A stretch of 64,000 nt of DNA from Marsupella aquatica (Eukaryota; Plantae; Marchantiophyta). Location: the NCBI GenBank assembly GCA_973895155.1, contig OZ316899.1, positions 1,263,573-1,327,572 of the forward strand, given 5' to 3'. The position numbers and the translations under genes are program-made. Shown in pieces: positions 35,400-48,090 of this stretch (the first letter of the stretch is position 1; each line of letters begins with the position of its first letter). The notes beneath the pieces were generated by a model. That model ran no database searches, was not told the origin of the DNA, and was given only the letters and a program-made list of their open reading frames with translations.

Positions 35400-38300
35400 A
35401 TACTAGCCTTGTCATTGCGAACAAAGGAAGAGTCCAACCTACCATACTGCTGAAACTAGTGCCCAGCCAGCACAGTGTCACCCGCTTGAAATTCTGCACC
35501 ATAAGCATCAGATAAGTCTTCTTCTAGAATGTAGGCCTTCTTAGTACACAACAAAATGTAAAATTCAGCTTTCCATTTGTTATCTTCGGCAGCGAGGACA
35601 GCAAAGAAGTCATCGACTGAGACTAGATCTCCAAGGTGCCCCTCATAGTCACATTTAGTAGAATCTACCCCTCCATGCATATCTTCAATGATGCTAGCAA
35701 TATGGCCTGGTTGGGTTGGTTAAACTTGATCTACTTCCCATGGTATGACATGTGATTTGTTTTTGCAAGCTAGGTCATTTTCTGGATCTAACACACACTT
35801 TGTACAAAAACAAGCCAATTCTCGAGACTTCAACATGATGGGATTGTCTTGACTATAACCAAGGAAGCAATGCTTCTGTCGCACGCCTTTGATTGGTAGA
35901 CATTCAAGGGGCGAACTCCTTTGCACTTCATGCACTCCAACCTCCCAAAAAAATGACGTACTCCCTGCTTCTTATCATATTCCAACTGTTTCCCCAGACA
36001 AAACTTTTTTTCAGAAACTCCATGACATCCTTGGCACCCTCCATTGGATACCCTCCTTCCTTTTGCAGGTGCTCCCTTCAAATGGCCTGTTTCACTCCAC
36101 CTCCAAGTCCATCCTACAAAAGTTGCAATTACATCAAACTACGTCAAAAGATGTAAAACCTGGTTTAATAGATGCACTAGCATCATGCAGATCAAGCAAA
36201 ATCAAATCTGGGAACTGAGTATTAACTTTAACTTGCGGCACAAAATCATACATGAATCAAAGGCAAATATTACCTGGACTCCCTTCCCATGTTCGGAGGC
36301 ATGGAAACACCACATGAATGGCACCCCATGATTGTGATAGTATTTTGCAACGTATGAAAAGGACAACATGCTTTAAACTATGCTGCACACCCGTCAGACC
36401 ACATAATGCCTCTCCACAAGAAATTGTTGCTCTTGCATCCATTGCCAATGAAATTCCAAAGTATGTTGGACAAAAAAGGTATTGTGACTGTTATCGGAAA
36501 CAAAGAAGTGATAATCAGCTTCAATAAACCTAGTAATTCTTTGACCAGATTTGTCAAAGACAACTGGCTCATCCTCCTCAGCGTTGAACTAGTGCCGATA
36601 GGTGATAAGGCAAGTATAGTGATCTGTCGATTGTCCCAGTGCAAGGATTGGACCTCGTCTTGTGCTGCAAATGTGTAATACTCTGCAAGTCAATTGAACT
36701 AAGAATAGTACCTTTAGGAAATGTCTTCTGACAGTTCTTGTACTGCTCCGCTTGCCATCTAGCATAGAAGTCATGTTTTACAAATGTCTCAACAGTACTC
36801 TTTACCTTTTGCAAAAAATCAAACATTGACATCAACTTATTGACCAATCTTAGCCTTTTCTTAGGCCTGTTGGGCTCTGCATCATGTCTTTGGTTGGTAG
36901 TCTTTTTGACTGAGTGTGGCTTTAATTGGCAAGTCATCCAACACGACATATTCGTAAGTTTGCCAAGGTACACACTCCTCGCGATCTAATCTCTCCTCCC
37001 ATCCAGGACACAAATCTATCAACTCTGGCCCGCAATCTTCACAAACACCTACAAGACAATCTCGATTGTACCAAGCTTCATCTTCCCCTTTTGTACATAA
37101 TGTAAGTGCACAAAACTGTCTCACAGAAGGGAGCGTATACTTATGAGCTATACATGCCACTTTTGTAGAAATAGTAGGGCAGCAAACAATACATTGACAT
37201 GTGCAACCTATAAGATGTTGACTCTGTCGACACTTGGCAAACGCTTTGCACAACAAAGCTATCTCAACATGCTACTTGCAACAACAAACATCTCTATCTT
37301 TCATGGTACGTATAAAGTAGGGCTTTAGAGCCTGAAAGGATCTCAAACCAACAGTATAGGGCTTTTTCTCTCACTTCAACCATTCCTGGAATTTGAAAAA
37401 GTACTCTGCCTATTACATACAGACATGCAGGAAAGCCTATGTTAGTTTATGGAATAGAATTGACTGAACCTTATCCACTACAGGCAGTTCATACCGCTAA
37501 AAACTTAAGTAGATACTGCAAACCCAATGGGAGTAAAATAGTTACCTCTGTATCCTCCAGCCCGTGGACCCTATGTTCGATGTTTTCCTTCCGGGCAATC
37601 CTCTTTTTAGCCAGATCCTTAGCATTTGGAGAAGGCCTAGTGAAGTTCTCCCAAAACCAAGCGCAGTCTCCTCTGATCTCTTATGATAGACAATCTGAAC
37701 TTTCCTTACATTGCCCCAATGGAAACCTTAGGGATTCATCACCATCTAAGATAGCTCTTTTCTTACCCGCAGCATAGATAGGTGCCCTTTTAATGCATAG
37801 AGCTCGAGCCAAAGAGGATTGATATCTTTGACCCACAGCTTGGTTCCCTGCTAAAGAAGCCAAGATAATGTCTTTGGCGGCTTTGTGATCCCTACGCCGG
37901 GCATATTTCATAGTATTCAACACTTTCTTGAGATCTACGACAACTGCTTTCCAAGACATATCTGCTTTAGGGCACCCAAGTGTAGTCGGATGGAATTTCA
38001 CCATTGCGCTGTGAGTCCAGAAACGCTCCATGATGGACTTCTTAGAAGGCAAATTATGACTCTTTGTCAATCAACAAAATTGTTTGACAATCTTAGTGAC
38101 AAGTAATCTTTGACTCCTTGCGTTCTATTAGGATCCGCACTTGGATCTAGATCCACGAGACCATGAAGCAAATCATGGCGAGCCTTTCTTGACCTCTGTT
38201 GTCGTTCTCTGGCTCCTACACGCCTAGCCAACCCTGGTTCCATCTGCTGTTCAAAATCACTGCCATTCCTGGAGTTCTCTTCAGACAAGACTGCAAAGCG

Positions 38301-38640
38301 TGACTGCAATTCATCATGTAAACTCTGAAGCTCTTGAATCCTCTGGTCCTTAGCCGCCAACTCACCAGAAAACTCCATAAGAATTTGCTCTCAAAATGAT
38401 ATAGCGTCCTCTTGTGCTGCATTGAGCAATTTTTGTGCTTCCCTTGCCTCATCTCTAGCATGGTTGAGTATCGTCTTTGCCTCTGCCCTTGCATTGATAA
38501 GCATTTGGTTTGCTGCTTGCCCTGCCCTACGCTCCCTCCTCCTCAAATTTTGTTGATCCCTCTTGGATATTGTATCTATAGGACCACCTTCTACCCTACA
38601 CGTAAGGCTGCACATAAACAGACAAAGGAAGTTCAATCCC
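35400..38640 (-). pseudogene. Sola2-like DDE transposase, heavily disrupted
   Basis: Minus-strand pieces: FQALKPYFIR; DFYARWQAEQYKNC; SID-x-AEYYTFAAQDEVQSLHWDNRQITI (about 36690-36615); WSDGCAA*FK (about 36395); SEHGKGVQ (about 36300); CLPIKGVRQKHCF...RELACFCTKC. The superfamily assignment comes from recalled motif spacing. Confidence 0.6.
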
Positions 38641-39726
38641 TAAGCTTGCATTCAGCAGGATTTTTTCGGATACTAGAATTGCAAAAACCCAGGTGGAGAG
38701 TTGAAACAGTCAAGTTGGATATACCTAGATATTGTGATCACGCTAGAAGTTTGCAAGCTGCATCTTCCCGATCCCAATCCCGATCATAGAAGACATTAAG
38801 AACAAACATGGAGAATCGGGCCCCATGACAAAGAGCATCAAGAATAGACACATAAACAGACCAAAACAAAGGCATCGAGACATGCACGGAGAAGGGATCC
38901 AAAACCACTCAGACAGGCACCATAGTAAAGTGCCCTGGCTTGGTGGCTCCAAACACTTACAGGGTAATCCTAATCACTAGGGCCTAATCACTCCTAGTAC
39001 GAGGACCATAATGACTTCACATACATTTTTGAATGGTACTTACTCTAAGTACCTAAGTTCTACCTAATACATTTGAAATTTGAAAATCAGTTCCTAATAG
39101 ACTTGATTCCACTGGTAATAGGAAATTTTGTCCACTAGTGGTGGTACTACTTAGTGGTTAGCGCTTTCTTAATTATGGAAGGAATCTTGGCCACACAATC
39201 TTTATTTTGATCTCCACCCTTCCATGATCCTTTGTGGTATTTTCTTTGTATTTAGTACCTTTCCTTGGGTACTTGAAGTGTGACAGTCAAAAATACCCTC
39301 TATATCTTGCTTTTGACCCAATAAGCTCTTGTTGATGTCACCATACTATTATAATCTCCAGTTTTTTCAGGCTTGATAGTCTAACTTCTTATGCTACACC
39401 CATATCGCTAGATTTGTCTACCCAATATATTGAAAAGAGCTTTTGTCTGTAAGTGTCAACTTGACTCTATTTTTATAGCCTTTTTTACTCTACTATCTAA
39501 CTTCACTAGAAGACCTTGTTGTTACTTTATTCTTTATCTCTCTCAATATATGTCCTTAACATGGATTGATCTAATCATTATTATACTTGACTTGCTTTAT
39601 GACCTCCACAATCTTGTCAGATCTTTTCAAATTATCTCCATGGCTTTGCCATGTCTCATAGACACAATATGAATTTTTAGATAGTGAGTGACAAGGTGAA
39701 AAGCATATTCACTAAAGACTCTCCCC

Positions 39727-40030
39727 GGACGGGTATGGCATGCGTGACAGTAAACAGGAAACAGGTTTACTGGTACCAGTAAAAATTTTCTTGTTACCAG
39801 CAAAAATAATAATGTCAAAATATTTTCTAAAACGTCAAATTTTCCAAAAAAAATTAAATTATAACATTTTTTGGCTAGCTTTGGGCGCTAGCAACAAAAA
39901 AAAAATTCGGAAAAAAAAAAACTTTTTTTTCCAAAAAAAAATTTTCAAAAAAATTACCACTCATTTCCTGTTACCAGTTTCTGTTTCCTGTTACTGTTTG
40001 CTGTTTCCTGTCGTTTGTAAATACCCCCCC
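39727..40030. mobile_element. ~300-bp MITE-like derivative bounded by the same TIR family, carrying one palindrome variant
   Basis: Left end GGACGGGTATGGCATGCGTGACAGTAAACAGGAAACAGG; right end ...CCTGTCGTTTGTAAATACCCCCCC; TAGCTTTGGGCGCTA at 39876. Confidence 0.6.
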
Positions 40031-40039
40031 AGACCCTAT

Positions 40040-40248
40040 TGTAGCACCATGTCATGTGTTATGTATGGACAGGATATCATCTTGAAGTGGCTTCACGCTC
40101 GCTCACCCCAGATCTCTCTTTCACGCTTGCTCACCTCAAACTATATAAGGACCTTGGACCTTGGACTTTGGACTCCACTCTTTATGATCATTTTGGTTTT
40201 GTATTTATTTTCTTCCATAGTGGAGGGCTAAACTGGTTGGTTTTTACA
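40040..40248 (+). repeat. Short solo-LTR-like unit
   Basis: TGTA...TACA termini, internal CTATATAAGG, and a short direct repeat (cttcacgctcgctcacc / tttcacgcttgctcacc). Confidence 0.3.
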
Positions 40249-41162
40249 ATAGTCGTGGAGGGGTTTGCATGTGCAAAGGGAATGATGACTTCTTTGGCTG
40301 GAAACAACACCGGTTTACTTGCTCTAGTTGCGTTGAGGAAGTCAAAGGTAATTATGATCTACATTGCACTATTTTCAATGGATTATCTTCAATTGTAGTC
40401 TCATGTAGAATGATTTCCTTAGATCAATCAATCCTTTTTGTCCGGGCATTTTTCTTAAGAGATTGGGCAGCTTTCTATAATTCAGCGTTAACTTCTACAC
40501 AAGTCTTGTGTAGAACCCTTTCAACATTCTTTGAAAGTTTGGAGTACAATGGATTTTTACACAATTGTTGTGTAGAAACTTGGGTTCCATAGATTGTTAA
40601 ATCCTCTCTTGGAGGTTGTATCCATTTTGGAATCAAATAATTGTTCATGTGGCAAAAACACCCACACCCAGTCAAAAGAAAAAAGCAATTGACAACAAAT
40701 TGCCATCATAGAAAATAGGCTGAAAGAAGGTTTATTGGGAAGAAACAAAAGAAGAGGCTAAACCACCTTGGAAGAGAGTTTTAGTTGACTGTCAACAAAG
40801 GAGGAGAGCCACCAACAAGGAAAAGCCACAAGAAGGTTCATTTGGAAGAACAACAAGAAGCGGATAAACCATCTCAAAAGAGATTTTGTGGACACCCGGG
40901 CAAAGTAGCGCATAAAGGGAAAGCTTTTTGAAAGAAAGTATCTTTGAAAGAGAAACAAAAAGAGGCAAAACCATATTGGAAGAGAATTTGAGTTTTTGTA
41001 GAAGCAAAAGCATTCAAGGACAAAGTACAGAAATCAAGGAAGCAAAGAAAGTCCCTTCACAAGTGAAACAAGAAGAGGAGAAATTGTCTCAAACCGAGTT
41101 GCACATAAACCCAAATCGGTGAAATCTGTCTAGAAGAAAGTTGGAACTGGAGAGAAGACAGA

Positions 41163-42831
41163 ATGGGAGATCAATACGCAAAGGCGGAAAGGAGTTGTGA
41201 AAGATTTGCACCAAAGGGGAAGCCTATAGCAAAGCTTGATCTGGAATCAGTTGTTGTGGAATCCAAGGCAAACGCTCCCAAACAAAGGAGTCTGACCATG
41301 GAGGTGGTTGAAATTGTTGAGAAACTTCTCATGGTCAGAGCTATGGCCGGAGAAGAAGGGCCCAAACGTTGAGAAGAAGCTGGTGACCACCTCTCAAGAT
41401 GTTGCTCGCAAGTCCAAGAAAGCAAAGAAAAGTCAGGACGTTGTTGAAATTAATGACAACCCTAGTTCCGCAAAACTAGTTGTGGACCATGCTCATCTTG
41501 AGATTGCAGAGTTGGTTGAATCAGTCTTGGTATTGTTTTGGGATATCAAAAAAATTCTCTAGCCCGGCTGACAATATCTATCCCCCTCTTGCAAAGATGA
41601 GTGAGCAACTCCTCAATGAGGAGCATGTGAACCATCTTGCGCAACTAATGATGACAAATGCAGAGCAAGAACCTTTACCTACAGACTTGGTTCCTGACAA
41701 GATGATCAACGGAGTACCAAGTTTAATTGACCTTGCGGGAAAGGATATTGACACAAAGAAGCTTGTGGAGTTCAAGTTCTTTGCAACTAGTGGTCAACAT
41801 TCCACAATGGCTGCCAAAAAACTTATCTGGAGTTCAAAGACCCAACCATCTCTCATGCAAACAACCAATTTGCTGAGATATCATCGCGCACAAATTCTCA
41901 AAGGGTCAACTCTAGTGAAAATCCTTGTGGAAATTTCACACGCAAACAACCTTCAAGTTGAGGCACATTGGATTTTGTCTTCATTTATTGATCAAGTGAA
42001 ACATGCAAGAATGCAATACAATGATATGGGTCTACCGCCCGTCCACTTCCATTGGTCAGAAATCTCCAGAATTTCAGGTAGGTTCCCCACGAGAGTTGTA
42101 AGGCAAATTGGTACACTTTGGCATCTCTCCTTTCCAATGTTTTGGGATTCAAGTGTTTTCTACAATAGATTGTTCTTGACTAACTTTTAGTTGTTTTGCA
42201 TTTTCATCAGGAGTATGAAACACTCACAAAAGTTACGTTAAATGTGAATAGCATCGAGTACAACTGAATTTTGTTTGCCATCTCTTGGATCCTATCGGAA
42301 AAATAACTGGAAAATCAAAAGAAGCAAAGCAATTGACAAGGACAACCTTCTGGGTTTTTGAGGGTGCCCTCAAATCTAATATCTTGGAAATCCTCCAAAA
42401 AGTGAATTTGGGGGAGACACTTTTGATAAAAAAGAAACATGCCTTGACTGATTTTTCTGCCATGTCAAAATTGGCAAAAAAAGCAAAGTATATAGAAAAA
42501 CTGAAAGGGGCAATACTTGGATTTGATCTATTGGGAGAAGTACGAAGGGCTTTTCTTGCAAGGATCAACTTGGAGTGATGTAGTTCAGCAATATTATTTC
42601 ACTGATGAGGAATTGGATTGTTGTTGTGCAATGGTGGACACTGGATATTTCAAGAGCCTTGTGAAGGTGTCCTCAAAAGCAAAGATGCTCGAGTTGCTGA
42701 AAAATAGGTTGAGAAATCTTCACCAAAAGAGGTTTGGTGGCCATCTACGTGCAAGGATGGATCCTTACCAACTTTCTATACTGGAAATCTCCTTGCGTAT
42801 GCTGATCCTCCTTTTGATTTGGAGAGTGTAA
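41163..42831 (+). pseudogene. Degraded gene with a second ParB/Srx-like domain
   Basis: ORF 41480..42190: EEHVNHLAQLM...KFFATSGQHSTMAAK...YHRAQIL. Probable intron at 42079-42210. Continues in 42285..42578 and 42517..42831. Confidence 0.4.
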
Positions 42832-43037
42832 TGCAGTAGATTAGTTAGAAATGATAGAAATTTTAGAAATTTTAAACTTTTTCTAACTCAAAGGTGCAAT
42901 ATAGTTACCTTTTGTGGTAATATAGATTAACTGAACACTTTACTTAATGTCATGCTTCATCAGAGGCTATTACTTGTATTGGACAAGGATTGACAATATA
43001 AATCCTTGCGCTTTGCATGCTACCAAGAAAGACTACT

Positions 43038-43474
43038 GGACGTCGACCCCGACATCGACCCCGACACTTTTTGAAGCGTCCACTCGAAAGGCCTGAAGAT
43101 GGACGCTGCCAAAGAAGACATCAAATTTTTGACGGTGCTTTGTGAAGTGTCCACAAAGTCCTTTGTAATTTTGCACGCTTTGCAAAGCATCCACCAAATC
43201 CTGACACTAAAAAAAATCGGTTTTCCATTTTTTTATAACACTTTGACACTTTAACCGATTTATTTGAGGCACTTAGAGGTCTCAAAAAGTTTGAAATTTT
43301 GCCAGCATAGAGACTATATGTAGTAGAGTACCTTGGAAAGGTCTCACCTCATTCCGACTTTTAGTTTAGAAATTATAGTTTTACCAAAAACACCTATGCT
43401 TTGCAAAGCGTCCGCCCCAAACATTGACGCATTGTGAACCGTCCACTACATTTTTGACACTTCCAACGACGTCC
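43038..43474. repeat. Short inverted-repeat-bounded unit with internal palindromes
   Basis: GGACGTCG...CGACGTCC ends; GCTTTGCAAAGC at 43177 and 43398. Confidence 0.35.
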
Positions 43475-44641
43475 GTTTTCAACATTTTTCTATTTTTTCA
43501 CTTTTCAAGGATGACCGTCTTTAAGTTTTATTCAGGACCCTTCAAATATGAAAGGGCATCATGTCCTTTCAATATTTTAGTCTCCTTGGGTTCCTTAGCC
43601 TATATGAAGTAGAATTTGTGTCATTTTCAAGTGTGAAGAAATAAAGTAAGTGCTTGTGGCATGTGCTGCAGCACTGGAATCACCTTTGCAAAGTAAAATG
43701 CAAAAAACATTCTTCTCCCTTCCTTGGTCTGAATGATTGAGAGTTTAGATCATTGAAGTAAAATTATTTGTATGAAGTTGAATCTCAAAAGTATGAGGGA
43801 ATAGATTCCTTAAGTGGTGACAACCCATCTTCTTGAGTTCTTGATGCATAGTTTTTGGCGTGACATTGCTTGTGCATGGGATGCAAAGAATGATTACCAC
43901 CAATTATTTATGACTTCAATTTGAGCATGATGGTATTCCTTATTTGTGACACAAAGTACCGATTAGATGCCAAAGTGATTGATTACTATCTCCACTAAGT
44001 ATCTTTGGAAGGAAAAGTTGAGACATGTTGACGGCATTTTAGTAATCATCCTAGTACAATAATCCTTTCTAGAAATGTTCTTGCAGATATACCACCTAAA
44101 TCACATCAAATGAAGTATTTATGAGAAGTTATCTTGGTGTTTTCCAGACTCCCGTGTCATACCTCAAGATTTCATTGCGTTTTGTTAATTGTTTCCATTT
44201 TGTTATTTTATTTACAATGTTAAACAAACATTCAAATTGATGCCTTGTTGAGCAATCATAGTAAAAGGCTCAAACCTGTGTTTTTGTTATCTTAGTCATT
44301 CATAAGTGTTAAATGATAGAACATTATTCCTTACTTGTTCTTCCATGGGATCGAATACCGAGTTTGGGGCATTAAATGTTGATTTGTGTACTTAAAGAAA
44401 TACTAAAGAGAGTTGCAAGGAGTCAATATTGGCATCTCTGGCAATTGTGGATTTGACGCATACTGGACAACCGGTTTGGACGCAGTCCAAAATCTTGAAT
44501 TTCTTGAAGATCATCGTGAATATCCCAACAAATGATTTGGTAACTGTTGTTTTTTTTGTTCATTCTGATATTATTCTTGCAAGAACAATTTGAAGCTGGT
44601 TGAGATCTCCTAAAGAATTATAATGCCCACCTTAATATGGT

Positions 44642-45150
44642 TTGTACATGAGGAGTTTTATGGGTAGTGCTCCTTCCCAACACATAAGAGGCGATGAAGA
44701 CATGATTTTTTTTCTTGGCGTCTCCCAAGATTGGATTCCTGATTGGGAAAAGCATTTCAAGGATTTTACAGGTCACTTTGGTCTAGAGGAGTCCGACCTC
44801 AAGGAGACAATCAAGCCAAGTCAAGAAGATTACTCCGATATTTTGAAGGAGGATAAGCTAGAGAAAAACTAAGGAAACATTGATATCACGACTCAAAGCC
44901 CTTGTTCCTTTCAAATTGACCCAAGTTTGTATTCACTCAAGAAAAAGCTTTTGACACAGGCTTTTTGAGGCCATATATTATGGATGGGAAGGCAAACATA
45001 TTTCTCAAGGAAATTAAAACTGTTTGGGATCATTTCAAGGACAAATATGGTCCGACAAATACTGTTCTCATTGATGACTCTCCTCTGAAGTGTTTTGCAA
45101 ATCCAAATGTTAACACGTTGTTTCCAAATTCATTTGTTCACAGGCACGGA
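44642..45150 (+). pseudogene. FCP1/SCP-like (NIF, HAD-family) phosphatase fragment
   Basis: FLKEIKTVW...YGPTNTVLIDDSPLKCFANPNVNTLFPNSF matches the C-terminal NTLLIDDSPxK..NP pattern of plant FCP1-homology domains. The N-terminal DxDxT motif was not found. Confidence 0.55.
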
Positions 45151-45956
45151 GGTGGGTGGCTTGTGGGAGGATTTTTCCTCTTCTTCGAGTGTAGGCTGGG
45201 ATTATACTAAATTGTTATTCATCGGAGGGGAAGCTGAGCGGGTAGGGCTGGTGTGCTACAGTGCACATTTGAAGCTGGGCGCGGTGGCAAAGTGGTTAAC
45301 TTTAGTCTAAAGCTAGTCGGGGAATGTGGCTACAGTGCGCGACGAAATCAGGGTGGGAAGAGAGAGGCTATGCATGCTGGCGGACAAGTTTGTAATGCGT
45401 CCTCTCAGTTGTCGGGGGAAGACGCAGTGATTCGTGTAAGAGAAATTGTTAACTGAGAATTGAGGGGAGGCCAATTTTTTGATCTGGGAAGCTAGCAGAT
45501 CGGGTACATCGAGACTGCCACCAACCGAAGCAAGATCGTCTGTGGTGGATGGGCTAGGCATTTACGTATTTGGGACAGGAGGAGAGCGGCGGCAGGAGTT
45601 CGACTGAATTAGCAGAACAGTAGTGGCCTTGTTCTTTTCTGCTTGGCGGGAGTGTATGGAAGGGGCGAGCGGTAGGATTGTGGCAGGAAGAAGGATCCGG
45701 GAGCCAAATCAAAGAAGTGAACTGGCTAAGCTAAAGTGAAGGCCGACAAACACAACGGAGTGAAGGTGGGCGTACTTGTTTGTGGCCGCGGAGGACTAGG
45801 ACCACGGAGGAGTATACCTTTCGGGCGTTGTTGTCATTTCGGAAGATCAGAATTGAGGTGGAGTGAAGGTGGAAATTTATTACGACTGAATCAGGTAAGC
45901 TCAGGAAGGCACTAGCTAATTTTCTTATTGTTGGTTCATTTTTTGGTTGAGCGACG

Positions 45957-47488
45957 ATGGGAGACATTGATTACTATGGACCTTCGGGATGGAGGAATGC
46001 CAGGGGACGCCGCCCTGAGGGAAGTCGTGCGGACCGAGTGACTATGGCTCTCCCGGAGACAATTAACGATGGCAATGGGAACGAAACGGCTAATGGAGCT
46101 GCGAATGGGAGCGCGACTGGTCTGCAGGGGAGAAAACAGGGAGTCTGAGAGGATCTTCTCAGCTCAAGATGCACGTTCGGGAGGAAATGACCTGAGAGGC
46201 ACTTCCTCGATTGGCATTGCAACTATCCGGCACAGTGATCAGGGAGGTGGAAGGATTCGTACGGGGGCGCAATCTGGATCTAACTCAGGGATGGACATCG
46301 ACTTACCAAGTACCGTGAATGGGCTGGGGGGAACTCGGCCGGACTTGGACACTGGGCGGAACAACTGTGATGCAAGAGCGAGGGAGACACCAGTGGATAG
46401 GGGGCGGCCAAGGGATGATGCTGGAGTGAAGATATTTGCTCCTATGGAGGAGGAATCAGAAGAATGTATAAGAATCCTACGAAACATTGCCCTCAGATCG
46501 AAGGGCAATCTTGATAAGAAGTTATATGCGGATGTAGAATGGAATTTGCCAGAGGCTGCAAGGAATGTGAGACAACTATACAATTGTGCTCTGATTTGCT
46601 ATTTCACAGGTAGAACGCCTCTCCTTTTGGAATTCAGGGCCTGGGTGGAGGACGTGATGATGAGTCAGGGGAACTGGCCTATTTTACAAGTCAAATTTGT
46701 TGGGAAGAATTTTTACATGGTTGTGTTTGAGAACCCTGATCACAGGGGCACTGGCGCTCAGCTTTGCGCCTTGGTTTATGGAGCGTTGCTTTGTCTACAC
46801 CTTCCCTTGGGATCCAACATTCGATGTGAAGTGTGAGAGCTTCACTAAGCTTCCTGTTTGGATTGAGATTCCTTTTTGAGACCTTGCCTTAGAAGGATGT
46901 AGAAGAAGAATTGCGAGCTCGCTGGGCACCCTTCTATATTACATTCAGGGAAACGAATTTAGCTCTTACCCCCACGACCGAGCTTGTATCCTTTGGGATA
47001 CGGATCGGGAAGTACCGGCTAGTGTAAGGATTCGAATCAGAGCTGACATTGTAATCTGGCAACCAGGGACATTTAAAAACATTCCTTATCATTGCTATAG
47101 GTGCAACCAAAGAGGACACCTGGCGCGCAACTGCCAAGAGAATTTAGAGACGGCAGATAAGACTCAGAAGGAAGTTGACCCACCAGATGAGAAGGACAAT
47201 GAGCGCCACTCAGAGGCTGATCCCAAGGAAATCCGGAGAGCTGAGGCTAATACTGAGGCTAGAGCGTTGTTTCGTGCTGCTAAGGTGCCCCCACCAAGGC
47301 CGGTGACTGTATCCGTTGAAGATGATATCGAGCAGGTGGAGTTATTGCTTAATCCTGTGCCCATAGAGACGGAGGCTCGTGCCAAGGACACGGTGCGGCA
47401 AGTAGACAAGGACCCTTTGTTCATCACTACAAACGTGGATGTGGGTGTGAGTGACTTGTGCCCCCCTACTGAGACAGCTGCGTTATAG
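45957..47488 (+). pseudogene. LINE ORF1 (DUF4283-like region plus zinc knuckle), frameshifted
   Basis: VKFVGKNFYMVVF...PVWIEIPF; CYRCNQRGHLARNC at 47093-47134. Confidence 0.75.
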
Positions 47489-48090
47489 TCTAAAATGATT
47501 GGGTTGGATCACCCATCTGTTATGCTAAGGCAGGAGTCTGACAGGGGCCCTCCTTTGGGCTGGCTTTTTCCCTCACTGTGGCTCTGATCGGGATGGCAGG
47601 ATGTACCCCTACTTCCAATCTGTGTGTTGGAGGAGACGAGACCTTCTCTTTTCATGAGGAATCGGATGCTGAAATGTCTGAGTATGAAGCATATATCTCC
47701 CATAGTAAATTCAAGGCCAGAGCTAGGAAGCAAGAGCTGTGTACCCCCCCTAATGATAAGACTGAGAAAGCCAAAGGAGAAGCAAAGAAGCAAAGATCTC
47801 TAAAGTTCTCACGTGGTTTCATGTCTGATGTAGAGGGCGCGGGAATTCCTACTCTGAGTCCGAAAGAGGGGGAGACGGTGGGCCAGTTGCCTGCCCTGCG
47901 TGGTAGGGAGAAGATGGAGACTGTTTTGCGAGTTAGAGTCTCGCCTGCTCGCTCTTGAAGTGGATACATAAGTGGACCCACGGGACACCTGGGAGCGGGG
48001 ATGTCTCCGGGAGGGAGAAATAGGTTGTGAACTCCTGGTCACCGAGGGGAGCGGTGCTGTGCCATGAATTAAGCAAGGCGGAGCGGGAGG

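Noticed and set aside
26378-40030. A single 13.6-kb DNA transposon bounded by the near-identical TIRs
   Set aside because: The left end lies inside a gag ORF that continues on both sides, the interior is unrelated retroelement and Sola2 sequence, and the flanks show no TSD.
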